This document shows, one piece after another, positions 26,170 through 40,125 of a stretch of 64,000 nt of DNA; positions within the stretch are counted from its first letter, which is position 1; each line of letters begins with the position of its first letter. The position numbers and the translations under genes are program-made. The stretch lies in contig NC_068986.1 of assembly GCF_001194135.2 (NCBI RefSeq), positions 568,720 through 632,719 of the forward strand. The letters are read 5' to 3'. Source of the stretch: Octopus bimaculoides. Lineage: Eukaryota. Below the pieces are notes generated by a model that was not told the DNA's origin, did no database searches, and saw only the letters and a program-made list of their open reading frames with translations.

Positions 26170-26815
26170 TTTCAACATAATGATGATACCTATTGGGTCT
26201 TCCATTGTTGTGGACGATGACCAAAGACATCACACGAGAGAAGAAAATGGTACGTCTGGCTGTAGCCGATCAGTCCGATGCGGTCTTGAAATGTTCTGCT
26301 GATGGCCAGATTGGGCATCGGTGATCTGCTGGGACTGAGAGCGAGGAGTTGGCTCTGGCGTGGCACAGCTCACGTTTTCTGTGTGCCCTTGCAATCCTGT
26401 TCGATACGTAGGAGGTGGCACCTCTAATAGTGCAGCTTCGCCCGGTAGGGCGGTCTTGCACTTGCATTTTCCTGATGTTGGAGTTGATCTCAAAGCTCTT
26501 CAGTGAGGTTTTGAGTGAGTCCTTGAAGCGCTTTATCAGTCCACTTTGCGTGCATTTAACTTCTGTTAGTTCGCTCCTGGAGAGGCGTGTGTCAGGCAAT
26601 CGAACAAGACGGCCTGCCCATCTGACTTGCCCTCTCCTCAGCAGTGTGTAGATGCTTGGCAGATCAGGTCGCGAGAGGACTTCCGTGTCTAGGACTTTGT
26701 CTTGCCAGATGATTTTCAATAGCTTTCTCACATGGAAGCGGTTTGGCTTTTTGACGTGGAATTCATAAACCATCCAAGTCTCGCAAGCGTACAGCAAAAT
26801 AGGAAGTAGAACTTG
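26170..26815 (-). mobile_element. RTE (BovB-like) LINE 3' fragment
   Basis: ILLYACETW...LLKIIWQDKVLDTEVLSR...QVRWAGRLVRLPDTRL...KRFKDSLKTSLK...QDR, followed by an RTE-type 3'UTR. Confidence 0.88.
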
Positions 26816-27632
26816 GCGATGAGGACACCAATTGTAACGATGACACTGATGGTGACCATGATGATGATGATGAGTAAGGAGTAAGAGAAAGGAAGGAGGG
26901 AGAAAATGGGAAGAAGGTTGACGGTGAGGAGAGGGAGAAGATAACAGGAGGAGCCTGAGGAAATATTTAATCTTAACAAAAGCTTCTTTGTTAAAAAAAA
27001 ACCCAGGATGTGTTTCAGAATATTTTTTCAGTCAGACAAATAACATCGTTTAATCCTTGGAACAAAAGTCTTTAATTTGGCTTCGAATTCAAGACGGGGA
27101 CTTATACGTGGGGGCTTCGTTTACTACAAATAGCTTCCCTCGAATCACACATTAAATAACAAAAGAACGTATTAGATAACCAGTGCAATCTATCCCGAAT
27201 CAAACCAGGATTGTCACGCTTGGATTGCTTTTGGTCATCTGTCTGTTCAGTCAGATTTGACTTGGTGAACGTCCATTGAGAAAGATAAGTGTATCTTTAC
27301 TCAAATGTTTGTATAATACCGTTATTATACAATGTCAGCCAAGAGTTAATTCATTCCCCTTGCATGCCTCCAATTTGATTAAAGTTTCTGAGTTAATTCC
27401 CTTAATCTTTTGATACTGTTAAAGGTAAATAACATTTCTTCTAATTATGGGTGTAATTTCAATTGATAAAAAAAATTCTGTGGTTCAGTACGTTAAGTAT
27501 ATAAGCCCACGTTTAACTCTATATTCTTTATGCAGAAGGCAGCGCTGGAAAATTTTCCAGTGTCATTAATATAATAGACATTAGCTTTTGGCTATTTATG
27601 CTCGTGTTTATAAAAGTCTGTATGAACGTACG

Positions 27633-27635
<3 letters not shown>

Positions 27636-27730
<95 letters not shown>
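27636..27730 (+). repeat. (GT)n microsatellite
   Basis: Perfect GT run. Confidence 0.95.
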
Positions 27731-27731
<1 letters not shown>

Positions 27732-27963
27732 AAGTATGTGCATGTGTGTACGTATGAGTGCACGAACACGTTTATGTTTTTGCATGTTATTCTCCAGTGA
27801 TGAGGTGACATAGTGTAAAAAGTTATGCCATGCCCATATCAGCTGCAGGCGAAATAAATATTAAGTTAATAGTGTTGTGTAAATGTTACATCTGGCAATG
27901 TGTAGCTGTAATGTGTAGCTTGAAATGTTACCAATATTAGGCTGAATGCTAATTCAGGAGATC

Positions 27964-28104
<141 letters not shown>

Positions 28105-30905
28105 AATTTAAAATTACTCAATCTACATTAGTGCATCTAGGACTACATTAATTTTTTCTTTTTTCTTTTTGTTTTTTTCTTTCAATGGGAATGTCAGGGC
28201 TAAAATGTTTTCGTCATAGGTTTACCCGGTCAACGTTGGCCTCGAACTAAACAACAGCATTGTCCTTAGGTTATCTACATCTGCTAAGGAAACTAGAGCT
28301 AAACACTCTTTTCATGATCACTCGAGTTCATAGGTAGATTTATCAATTTACATTTTACCTCGACAACTGATCAATACTTAACTAGATCTTTTCATATATG
28401 TTACTGTTTATTATATAGAAGAATATATTTCAGAGAAGTTTACTGCGTTAAATAGAAGCCACAAAACCGACTTAGCCTAGATAAAATATTTCACTCTTAA
28501 TGGTTTACCGTGTATACTGGAGGCCCTTGGTTGGTTTAATATCTGAATACTGAACTAAGAATATCTGCAATTTTTGGATAGAGGAACAATCGATTATATA
28601 AACTCCTATATACGACTGTTAGTTACTGTGATTGTGATTAATGGAATATTAAGAACACATATCTAGAAATTTAAGTAAAGCCGGAACTCATTTGCACTTA
28701 GACACAATGAAACAAATTACAATTATGTGAATTAGCTTTAAATACAACGCAGTGCTAATGACGGGATCGAACGTTAAACTCTCTGTCTTTAGCAGCAAGT
28801 AGCAGATTATAAACGTTGTCGTTTTCTTTCATTAGAAAACAATATTATTTGAGATATTACGATAAATCAATGCTGAACTGAAAAGTACAGGTAAATAAGA
28901 AACGACTGGAAGGCTGAAGATATGAAGATATAAAAGGGGAAGAGAGAACAGTAAGAGGAAATAATCTTACGAACAGAGAAAATTGTTAGGTAAATTATAG
29001 TTGTATGTTGGCGATAGAATAAAAAATCATATTGCCAACATGACAATTCTATTTGGTGGAAGATTAATATCATAGCTGTGGACTTGCATTGTGTGTCTTG
29101 AGCCCAAACTGTTTTCTAATTCCTAATGCTATCAGATTGAACGCGCTGAATAGTTAAGATAAACACACTTAAGACAAACAAAAGTCTTCTTAAACAAATA
29201 CATAAAGGTAACTCTGTTTAGTTGTGATTGGATTTACTTTTGACTATCAGAGAAGGATCAATTGTTCTAAGAGAAAATATCAGTGCACGGTTTGTGTTTT
29301 ATAAGAAACAGCATTATCTAAATCAATTGAAGCTCACGTTGTTTGGTTTGAGATTAAATAATCTTTTAGATTCTTACCCAACTTTTAAACACGCATTCTT
29401 TACCATTTCCATTTAATCCTTTATTTATTCTTTCTTCATTATGATTTTTTTAATATATATTTTGGCATAATATAAAGACACAATACATGTTATTTAAATG
29501 AATATTTATATATGACTAAATTGATTACTGAGGCTTGTCTCTGTGGTAACTGAACTAGTGTCACTGGGTATTCAGATAAAATGGCGGCTTTTTAGATAAT
29601 ATCACGAAAAGTTAGGCTTATCATTATTTTTAAAGTTCAGTTACAGATGATACAGTATTGCCGAATGCTTAGGAAATTCTCTTCGCAATCTTGAGATCCG
29701 GGTTTTGATTACGCTACTTGGCATCTTGGAAAGGTGACATTTTTCTATAGCTTATGGTTGATTCATACTTTTGGAATGAAATTGGGTAGATGGAATATGC
29801 ATGTAAGCCTGGCGAAAGGACTGTACTTCTAATGCAAAAGTAGATCGTTTTCACACTGTTCAACGCTGATTACGCATAAGAAGTACTTAAAGAGTAAACG
29901 TGTCTGTAGAATATTCAGCCACTTACACATGAATCCAATGAGCCTCTTCGTTCAATTGATCGAACACTTCATCTCTCACGCTCGGAAATTCTGACAGAGA
30001 ACCATTTATTCAGGTGTATGAATTATAAACATTATCTAGTTAGTGTTTGTGTATGTATATATACATGCGTTTGTGTGTGAGAGAGAAAGAGAAAGTTAAT
30101 GCTCAACACGAATTGATGGATAAATATTATTTATTTGTGGCTTAACAAGAAAACCAATGATGATTTCATTGGCTGCCTTGTTCAATAGTTCAAGCGTACC
30201 ACATGGAAATATTGGTGCTCGTGGGGACTAGTACCAACATTTCTATATGGTACACTTAAAATATTGTGAAGATCTTTTCACACGTAGTTTTTGTTTGTTT
30301 TAACAGTATCTTATCGATGAATAAGTATTGATTCCGTACCTTAGTAAAATGTAATATGCATGGCAGGGCTTTAGGAATCAGTTTATCACAGTTTACCTAC
30401 TTGTTTTGCATCGCTTAGCCTTGACACTGGACTCCTTGATGAAGTCTGAAGGGCTTCATTGTGACAAACAGCAGGGCTACTTTTAGACTTGGTGGAGCAC
30501 AACTTTCCCTAGATCTGATCACTGCCAATTTCTTCCTAATTAAGAGAGCAAGTGAGAAACAGATCTACAAAAATAAAGAGTTTGGAGAAAGAGAGGAATA
30601 GACTTCAATACAGGAATCTAGTTTGTCCACTCTGAAACGAAGGAAGGCAAAAATTGATGAGATTTTAACACAGCGCAGTGAACCGAAACGATTACTGAAG
30701 GATTTAACTTAACGCTCCAATGACTCAGCTTACTGACCACTTCCGGCTAATGTTATCGATCTCCAGATACTGAAGTTCAGAGTCCACTTTAATTAGGATG
30801 TGGATTCTGAATATGTGTGCGTCTGCGCGTGTCTGTACGTATGTGTGTATACACATACATACACATATATGTATATATTGATGCTTATACACCCGTCTAT
30901 ATACA

Positions 30906-30958
<53 letters not shown>

Positions 30959-31082
30959 TCAGTGGATCATATATCCGAAAAAGAAGCCCACTCTAAACGT
31001 TAAAGCAGAGATATATTTACAGGAAGTTAATTATATGGCTGGTCATAGACTGACCAATGGTTTCGCATCCATAAAACACTTC

Positions 31083-31150
31083 GCCTTATAGACGATTCGT
31101 CTAACTCTAATGGGCGCGGACATTGGAGCCTGATGAGTCGTCCATAAGGC
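31083..31150. mobile_element. 68-bp mini inverted-repeat element
   Basis: GCCTTATAGACGATTC ... GAGTCGTCCATAAGGC (16-bp inverted repeat, 2 mismatches). Confidence 0.45.
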
Positions 31151-31681
31151 TAAGTCCTTCTCAACATATAGAGATCAAATTCTGTTCTAAATATTATAAA
31201 TCAGCAAGTGAAATTAATTCTGAATATCTTAGTAATTAACTCTCCTCTTCTATGAAATACACAAACAGTTGACACTTGATTGGATTTTCTGTTGTTGTTT
31301 CTTTTCTTTTTTTTTTTTTCGACTAAGAGGCAAACTTAAATTCTTTGGGAAATTTTCTGTGAACATGAAACAGAATATTTTATGTAAAATTGATCGAAAT
31401 TGACGCTGGTGACCTGCTTCAATCATTTCACTTAAACTCCTTATGTGTGTGTGTGTGTGTGTGTAATTATATGTCTGCGTGTGCACACCTATGTAATCTC
31501 ATTATAATATAGACATTTAAAATACCTAACAATGAAATGTACTTGCTTGTAATGCGCACACACATACACATATATATACACACACATATATGTATATATA
31601 TACACATGTATACATATATTTACATATATGTGTGTGTATGTATGTGCGTATGTTTATATATATAATATATGTACGTATACT

Positions 31682-31735
<54 letters not shown>

Positions 31736-32441
31736 TCTATATGTGAGAGTGGTAGGGAGGGAGAGTGAAGGAGAGGGAGAAGATAATTGACTGACAGACT
31801 AGGTTGTTATGCACCGTACATAAGTATACACAGCTATGTGTAAATATTAGTTATACATAGGTAGATGTGTATATCAATTTTGTTTGTATTTTAAAACAAC
31901 TCTGTATGTGGAAGAATATAGAGACAGGCCAAACAGACAGATAAACAAAAATATTGTAAGTGATCTAACATGAAATAATATTTAAACTGAGTCAGACAAG
32001 CAGACATCTTCAGAATTTATTTAAGAACTATGTTGTCTTTTTTTTTTTTCATGTTTTGCTCTTTTCGTTTTTGTTTTGTTTTGTAGTTCGTTTAATTTTT
32101 AATATTTTATTTTTCATATAAAATAAACAATATCTGTTGAGCCATCACTGCAAATTTATTTAAATATGTTCACAATATTTAAAATCTTTTGTTTATAGTC
32201 TGGTGACAATATATTGTCGTTGATGTTGGTTTCTTTGACCCCGGTTCGGCCCTAATTGAGCAGACACCGCACCTTAGACATTTCAGGCATAACAATGTGT
32301 CTTTTTGCACACATGGTAATACGATAGCTAGAGTCATTCTCCTTGTGAAAGTTTTGAGGGAGATTTGGTAGAAATATCCGATAGAAAAGTGACCACGCAG
32401 AGACTCCGTAGCTAATATGGTTTAGATAATAATGAGTATTA

Positions 32442-32865
32442 TTGGTTTCAAATTTTGGCACAAGGCCAGCAAGTTTGAGGATGGAAGTAAATCGATTACA
32501 TCGACCCCAGTGCTCAACTGGTACTTATTTTATCGACTTCAGTGCTCAACTGATATTTATTTTATTTCATTGACCCCGAAAGTAGGAAAGGTAAAGTCTA
32601 CCTTGGTGGAATTTGGTGATGTATAATATTGAATCACTGAGCAAAGCGGCGAGCGGGCAGAATCGTTAGCACACCGGTCGAAATGCTTTGCGGCATTTCG
32701 TTCGTCTTTACGTTCCTGGTTCAAATTCCGCCGAGGTTGGCTTTGCCTTTCGTCTCTTTCGGGGTCGATAAAATAAGTAACAATCGAGGGCTGGAGTCGA
32801 TGTAATCGACTTACCCCCACCGCCGGCCTCCGAACCTGCTAGCCTTGGATCAAAATTTTAAACCG
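32442..32865. mobile_element. Head-to-head pair of SINE family B copies (minus 32442-32615, plus 32644-32865)
   Basis: The 3' half appears as a reverse complement on the left and as a full plus-strand copy on the right. Confidence 0.85.
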
Positions 32866-34162
32866 ACATTAAATTACTGAGCTGTAAAGTCATTGTTGAA
32901 GGTTTTGCTTCCATATAGAAGAAACCGTGACTGTATTTACTTCAGAATAATGAAGTTTCGGGTTCGATCCTATGTGTGGCATCTTGGACAAGTGTCTTTT
33001 AGTGTAGTTTCGAATTGATCTAATCTCTATGAATGGAATTTGGTTGACTAAAACTATATGGAAGCCCATCAGATGATCGATAATTGTTTTGTGATAGCTA
33101 CTCTAATCCATTTTCTACTTTAACACCACACTTTGGGTGCTTTGAGTAGATCCCACATTGTTGCAAGGATTCGAACTTGGTATTCAGTCCGGGGATAAGT
33201 TGACATCGTAATGTGTCATTTTCTGCTACTGTAACCCATGGGTTCGAGGTCCACTGATCCTTCTCCATCCCAATTCCAGCACTAAGGTCAGAGGCCCTGA
33301 TCTCTGCTCTGAATAAACCCAAAAAATACTCATATCTTCTTCTCACTCCCTATCTCCCACTCTTTCTCCATCCCTCCGTCTACCCCGTCTCTCCTTCTCT
33401 CTCTCTCTCTTCTCACATGATGAAACGAACCGAGTATTCCAGTATTTCAAACTTATATGAAACAGTTGTCAATATCACATTTGTCTATTCCTACGGGTAT
33501 CGAAGACGCATGGCTTAGTGGTTATAATGTTACGATCAGAGGGATAGCGGTTTCAATTCCTGGATCGGCTGTGCGCTGTGTTCTGTTTCTGAAAAAAAAA
33601 ACGCGAATGACCGTTTAGAGATTTCCTCGTCAGTATGGTTTAGATGCTAATGAGTAATATTGGCTTCAAATTTTTGAACAAGGCTAGTAAGTTCGAAGGA
33701 GGAAGTAAGTTGATTACATCGACCTCAGTGTTCAATTGGTATTTATTTTATCAACTGTGTTTTACTAGCACTTCATCTCACATTACTCTAATGATCTCTT
33801 CGACACCTGACGTGTGGTACACCGTGCACCTGTTCAGGCAACGTCGATTTGATCAACAAAGTGAATTAATGTACAGTATAAACGAATCATTCGTGCTGGT
33901 TGTTCAATACGAAATTGCAGAACCATCTTTCTCGGACTACGAAAGACTACTATCACTCATTCGCTCATTCTTACTACTGATAGCTACTTGTAAGAAACTG
34001 ACATAACCATGGACTACGCCGACAATGCAGCTCTGGTAACAGGAAACGAACTATGGTCCATACTAGTAGTCAAATACCTTATCTAGTCCGTCACTGCAAT
34101 TTTCCCTTTTTAGTGATCTGTAATACTTTCCAGCTTTTAAGTGGCTATTTAAAAGTATTCTA

Positions 34163-34289
34163 CAGGGTGTCCACAAAGTCTGGGTACATGGGGATTACCA
34201 CATATTTTAAGAAATTATTATTTCTTATATTTAATTGTTCATGTTATGATTTTATTTACTCCATGTACCCAGACCTTGTGAACACCCTG
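34163..34289. mobile_element. Tc1/mariner MITE, 127 bp, TA target duplication
   Basis: TA|CAGGGTGTCCACAAAGTCTGGGTACATGG ... CCATGTACCCAGACCTTGTGAACACCCTG|TA (29-bp TIR, 2 mismatches). Confidence 0.92.
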
Positions 34290-35553
34290 TAGTGTACAAT
34301 TTTCAATAATTATTATATAATATTGGGATCTTTTTAACTAGACATAATGGCTTTAAATATTAAGGGTAGGGAAATAAAATGTGTCTCTGTTCAAAATACA
34401 GATCTGACTCAAAACACCGGATGCTTTCTTCCTGCTATACACCATTCGCTATCAAATAGTTTAATATCAAATAAATCAATGATGTAGCCATCACTCCCTA
34501 GCATGTGTGATCTGTTAGCATGAAGCATGCTTTCGTTAATTATTGTAGGTACCTATGTGATCACGAACAGACCCTCCTACCTTTGAATCAGCGGAACATC
34601 GAAGATGTGACAGCTAGAAGGAGAGCAAGCTGCACCAGTACTCGGCTGATACACATTTTCCGCTGAGAAGACTGGAGCAACAGGGAACGAAATGCCTTGC
34701 TCAAGGTCACAACATACCACGCGGTTCAGGAATCGAACTCACAGTATTATGATCGTGAAGAAACCTATGTGAAGAATTATTACAAGATGTAGACATCTTC
34801 TTTGTAGGAGTTGATCATCTAGTTGAAAATTATAGCAAGAAAGTCGTTAACTAGACTCTAAAATACATTTAAATTGATAGAGTGGGTTCTAGAATACTCT
34901 GTTAGCACTTACAGCAAGAAAGGAATCTGCTAAATATCCTCTTATGCCAGTCGAAGAGTAAGGAATGATAGCCATTAGTACAGTAAGTCTCAAACTGACA
35001 AATACCAAGCCCCACAAAAGATATTTAATGAATGTTTTGGCACCCAATTTTGTATTAATAAAATGACAAAATAAAGTTTTATAAATCTTTCTCCATATAA
35101 TTCTATCTTCGCCTTGTTGGATAAGCTTAAAATATTGGAAACCATCTAAACTTTATAAACATGGCAGTTTCTCCGTAATTTGATGGAAACTGTATAGAAG
35201 ACCGTCGGGTGGATTGCACTAGTACTTAAAGTACAATCTTGTCACACCTTGCTTTATGTTGACTCAGTTGGAGAATTACATTAAGAGTTACATGTACATG
35301 GAATACTCATCCATTAACACGTTAATTCACAAGCTTTTTATATTCTTTTCCAGTGGATCGAACAGCTGAATATTTACAGACGCACCCCACCACCCACTAT
35401 AAAAACATTGTTAGTTGACAGAGCTGCAAAAAATATTTCATCAATGTTTTTTGGTTTTATTTCTTTTTAATATATTTTCGATTTCATAAACCATAAACGA
35501 AAAAGCTACTATTGAATATATGATGTTTTTTTTATTGAATTATTTCTTTACAG

Positions 35554-36023
35554 GTGTGAAGTATCTGAACGATTGTCCAAAACAGCCTAAAATACCTGTG
35601 TACCTGCTGGTCGGCGGTTGCTTCGGCACGCTAAAGATGGTGTATACAATATGGCGTCAAGTTCGACAGCGTCGTTTTGACAGTTTACCCGATCTCGTTG
35701 GTTTTGATCCCACTGAAGAAGCGATTTTCTCAACTCGTTCCTATCGCCTCATGGACACAATTCTCGTTCTTTTCCTCATTTGCTGGATCTTAACTGGAAC
35801 TTACTGGGTTTTTCTCATCTGGAAACCAAACTTCGAGCAACTGCTACATGACCCCAACAATTGGTGTAACAAATCTGTGTACGGTCTGGCATTTTTCCAG
35901 ATTATTGTTTCATACGCATGGATGGCACTAGCCTTATTGACTCTGATCGGATTGTTTATATCCTACTACTGCCGGAGATCGAAACCTGGCGAACAAAGAA
36001 GTCAAACTACAGACGTGAAGTGA
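35554..36023 (+). CDS. TMEM272: TMEM272-like last coding exon (TM2-TM4 and C-terminus)
   Basis: tttctttacag| acceptor. GVKYLNDCPKQPKIPVYLLVGGCFGTLK...LFLICWILTGTYWVFLIWKPNF...WCNKSVY parallels human TMEM272 as I recall it (GMKFLEDCPIQPLIPLYLLVGGIVGTLK...FILGNYWVF...YCDKTLY). TGA at 36021-36023. Confidence 0.92.
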
Positions 36024-36098
36024 TGACTCTGATATTTATAATCACTGATCAAATATATAAAAAGCGAAGTCAAAAGGGGTATAATTTTGTGACAAAAC

Positions 36099-36104
36099 AA
36101 TAAA
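36099..36104 (+). promoter_or_regulatory. Candidate polyadenylation signal of the TMEM272-like gene
   Basis: AATAAA about 75 nt after the stop codon. Common by chance in AT-rich DNA. Confidence 0.3.
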
Positions 36105-36190
36105 TATTGTCTACGGATTTAAAGCTTTACGTAATGGATTCTAGGATCACCTTGAATGTTCATGTTTCAGCACGAAAATGAAATAAGGTA

Positions 36191-36220
<30 letters not shown>

Positions 36221-36222
<2 letters not shown>

Positions 36223-36504
36223 GTCAAGACGAAGAGCGCGATTCGATTGTATATAGATAGATGGCTCTTGATTTTAGCACGAAAACGATCAAGTTTTTTC
36301 ACTGATAAAACATATCGATTTTTCAATTTCTGATTCATGTTTGAATGGTTCGAAGTCCATTGGTCCAGGATTGGGTTCAACACTGGAGTCTAGCGAAACT
36401 AACAGGGCTGAGAAGGAATAAAATGCAAAAGCTGTAATTTACATTACGATTTTCCTTAGACACCCGGCTGCTTTGGTGATTTCCCGCGCTCTTCGTCTTC
36501 ACTA
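36221..36504. mobile_element. MITE-like element just 3' of the TMEM272 stop
   Basis: TAGTCAAGACGAAGAGCGCG (36221-36240) and the reverse complement of TAGTGAAGACGAAGAGCGCG (36485-36504), a 20-bp inverted repeat with 1 mismatch. No TSD identified. Confidence 0.55.
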
Positions 36505-36563
36505 TTTACCTTCGTGAAGAGTTACGTCAATCTTTTTTAAAATATAAAAATCAAGTAGATTGA

Positions 36564-36564
<1 letters not shown>

Positions 36565-36596
<32 letters not shown>

Positions 36597-38320
36597 CTTT
36601 CAATTTTGTTCCCTTTCTTGCCGAGTGTCTTCCCAGCGCTTACGGCAAAGAAACTTACTATATACATTGGTATGCCATCAAAATAAACACACCAGATTGT
36701 TCATTTACAAAGGCATGAGATAAGAAAAAATGAAAAAAGAAAACAAAGAAAATAAGGAGGAAAAGGAAAGAAAATTCACAGCGACAGTGCTCTACTCAAT
36801 ACGTGTGACCAGTTACCAGTTAAGACAATTTTATGCACTTCCTGCATGGATGATAAGCCAGGGATCATCCTCAAATAATTTTCAGTTCCCTTTTTTATTA
36901 TTCCATGCGCTCCTGCAATCACTGGTATTGTAAATGTCTTTCGATTTCAATCAACAAATCATTATATTTTCTGAGCTTATCAGATTCTTTTGCCGAGATA
37001 TGATTACAATATATGTTCATGTCAATCAATAAACAAATTACAGTGTTTTGGTCTTTCACAACAATATCTGGTTTATTAACTTTGATGGTCCGGTCTGTAT
37101 GTATTGGAAAGTTCCAAAGAATCGTAACAATTTCTCCTTCAGTTACAGCCTCAGAATGGTGCTTGTACTATTTGTCAGCAGATTTGATTTTAAAATGCAG
37201 ACATATTATCCAGTGTAGATATTAGCCAACTCTGTCATGTCTAGAGTTATACTCTTCTGGTGATAAAATCTTACACCTAGAGATTAGGTGGTCCACTGTC
37301 TCAATCTCATCGTTGCAGTATCAGCACTTTGGGTCTACTCCATTTTTCATCACATTGGCTTCGTAATTCCAGGTCAGTAAGTTCTGACATTGAGCAGCTG
37401 AATTAAGCCTTCGTTCTCTACCTTTAGTCCTTAGTTCCGTGGCCACTGAAGAGTGTGTTTCTGGTCTACATCAGCTTGTTTGCCACGGGCCACATATTTG
37501 CCTTGCAGAGGTCTTTGTTCCCACCTATCAGCCAATTGTTAAACGCCTTTTGCTTTGCCATTGATTTCACCTTCTTTGCAACAACAGTTGTCACACTTCC
37601 ATCATGCTGTTTAATCTGGATATTGTGCATGAACTCACTAGTAAATCTTTTGCTCTCCTTCGTGACAGAATGAAGCTTCTTACGTTTCTTGTGGTTTTTA
37701 ACATCCAGATGTTTCAAGATATTTGACCACTCCAGTTGCGGCGATTTTGTAAGAGGTTTCAAATTGGATCGAGTCTCACCCTCCTTGGGCTCTGAAAAAG
37801 TAAAGACGATCTGCATATGCCTTTGAATGGTGCATCTTATTGCAAGCCAGCAGCTTACGGATTTTCCAGTCAATCTTCCTTATTTCGATCATATTCCAGT
37901 TCAACACATTGAAACTGTAAATAAAAACTGGAGCTGCGAAGGAATTTATGGCTAACACCTTTTGACGTGCATTTAACTCTGATTTTGGGACTCCTCGAAC
38001 TCTCCTGTAGCATTCCTCCCGGATCTTCTCTTTCATGCTTGTATGCTGAATGCCAGAGCTCTCATTTATTCCAATGTATTAGTAAATTTGTTCCTGCTCA
38101 AGTTGTTTCATAAATGTGTCAACATCTAACACCACTGAATGTGAAGTCTTCAATTTCCCTTTCTGGAAAGTGGCCTTGGCATTTTTATCAAGACCAAATT
38201 CCATCCCGATGTCATCACTGAATGCTTTCACAGTACAAAATAGACTTTCAAGCTCATTATCGTCTTTGCCATAGAGTTTTAAGTCATCCATGTAAAATAG
38301 ATGACTTATTTTCTTGTCTT
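36565..38320 (-). mobile_element. R4/Dong-like non-LTR retrotransposon, 5'-truncated and eroded
   Basis: SHLFYMDDLKLYGK (RT), KEKIREECYRRVR...QGG, zinc knuckle C*YC...ETVDHLISRC, RHDRV, NKPDIVV (restriction-like endonuclease), and a (TAA)n 3' tail at about 36565-36597. Confidence 0.9.
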
Positions 38321-38704
38321 GTTATTATTATATAATTGTTCAATGTTTGGTAGTTTGAGGCAAATTTCTACTGCATCACCTGCCACACCTCCGTGTTGCC
38401 GGGGTGTGTGCAGCATTGTGTGTTCTTTTCTGTTGTTGGGAGAACACAAACACTTCCCGGTATTGTATTGCGTTAATTATTTTTTTTTTGTTGAGGTGTG
38501 GTGCAATCTTTTGTTGTATTATTGCTTCTATTGTGTGTTGAGTGTGTAATGCGTTGGTTAAAATAGCTTGCTGGTGAAAGTTTATTTCAATGGATATATC
38601 ATTATTATTATTATTAGCTTAGACGCTTTTATGTAACTCAAATTTATTGTATCGTCATGTACCATCCTCGATCTTTTTGTAAATCCTTAGTAGTTAATAA
38701 ATGA

Positions 38705-40125
38705 AACACTATATTATTATTATCATTATTATTATTCAATAGCCTTATCTTTATTGCAAGTTTTCTTTGCTCAACCGAGCGCAGCTTTGTGTGCCCTGAG
38801 AATGTGCTGTAGTCTGTTTTGGTGCTGTCATTTTTACTGTATTGAGTGTTGTACATAATATATGAGTTGCTAGCTGCGCTATTTTTCTGTGTTACATATA
38901 TTCATAAGTCCTGGAGTTTGTGTTATGCATTTGTCTGCATATTTTTTTTTACCATACCTAACGCACCTATTATTATAAAGATGTCTTCCACCTCCAGGTT
39001 TCACATTCGAGTTATCTCAATTTCCACATCTTTGTTTCTCTATTCCGTTATTATTATTATTATCATCATCATCATCATCATCATCATTATTAAGGCGATG
39101 AGCTGGCAGAAGCGTCAGCACGCCGGGTAAAATGCTTAGCAGCATTTCGTCCGTTCTTGCGCTCTGAGTTCAAATTCCGCCGAGGTTAACTCCGCCTTTC
39201 ATTCTTTTTGGGTCGATAAATTAAGTACCAGTCAACTGCTGAGGTCGATGTGATCGATTTATCCTCCCCACAAATTTCAGGCCTTTTGCCTATAGTAAAA
39301 AAGATTATTATTATNNNNNNNNNNCTGAGTTGAAAGTCCTTTACTAAGGATGTGTTCGGTTCGTAGTTAGTGCTATTTTCTGTATGTTTTTTTCTTCTGA
39401 CAACTATATCTGGTCTATTTGCCTTAATTTCTCTATCTGTGTGTATTGGCATATCCCAAAGTATGGTTGCTTTCTCGTTTTCTGTGACCTTTTCTGGCGT
39501 GTGTTTATACCATCTTTTTTCCGTTGTTATTCCATAGTGTTGGCATAGCTTCCAGTGTATGTAGGTCCCAGCTCTGTCGTGTCTGTGAATATATTCCTTT
39601 TAAGCCAGCACTGTCATGATTGTTCTTATTTTCCTGTCTATTTTGGTTAGTTCATTTTGTGTCCAGTTAAGGATAGTGTAGCTGTAACTTATAACTGGGA
39701 CGGCTAAAGTGTTAATACCTATTATCCTGTTTTTAGCATTGAGCTCTGTTTTCAGTTTTGATCTAACTCGTCTACAGTATTCTTTCTTTATTTTCTCTTT
39801 CATTTGTGCGTGTTGTATCCTATCTAGTTCATTGATTCCTAAATATTTGGGTGTCTGGCTTTGGTCTAATTCTCTTATTTCATTGGCTTTATTTAGTGTG
39901 ATGTTGCTACTCTTAATTAGTTTTCCTCTTTTTAGGGTTGCTTTGGCACATGTTTCTAATCCGAATTTCATATTTGTTTCCTTGGTAAATCCATGTACTG
40001 TCTGTAGTCGTGTTTCCAGCTGTTTATCATTTGTAGCGTATAGTTTTAGGTCATCCATATATAAGAGGTGGCTGATTGTTTTGCCGTAACATTTGTATCC
40101 GCATCCAGATCTGCTTAGCATGCGA
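38705..40125 (-). mobile_element. Second R4/Dong-like copy, internally deleted and interrupted by a SINE
   Basis: SHLLYMDDLKLYATND...KYLGINE...KIDRKIR fused to RHDRAGTYIHWKLC...ATILWDMPIHTDREIKANRPDIVV. C-terminal IIIGALGMVKK at 38790-39020, then 3'UTR and a (TAA)n tail. Confidence 0.9.
39092..39304 (+). mobile_element. SINE family B inserted in the R4/Dong copy
   Basis: Full-length consensus match. Splits the endonuclease-coding region. Confidence 0.88.
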
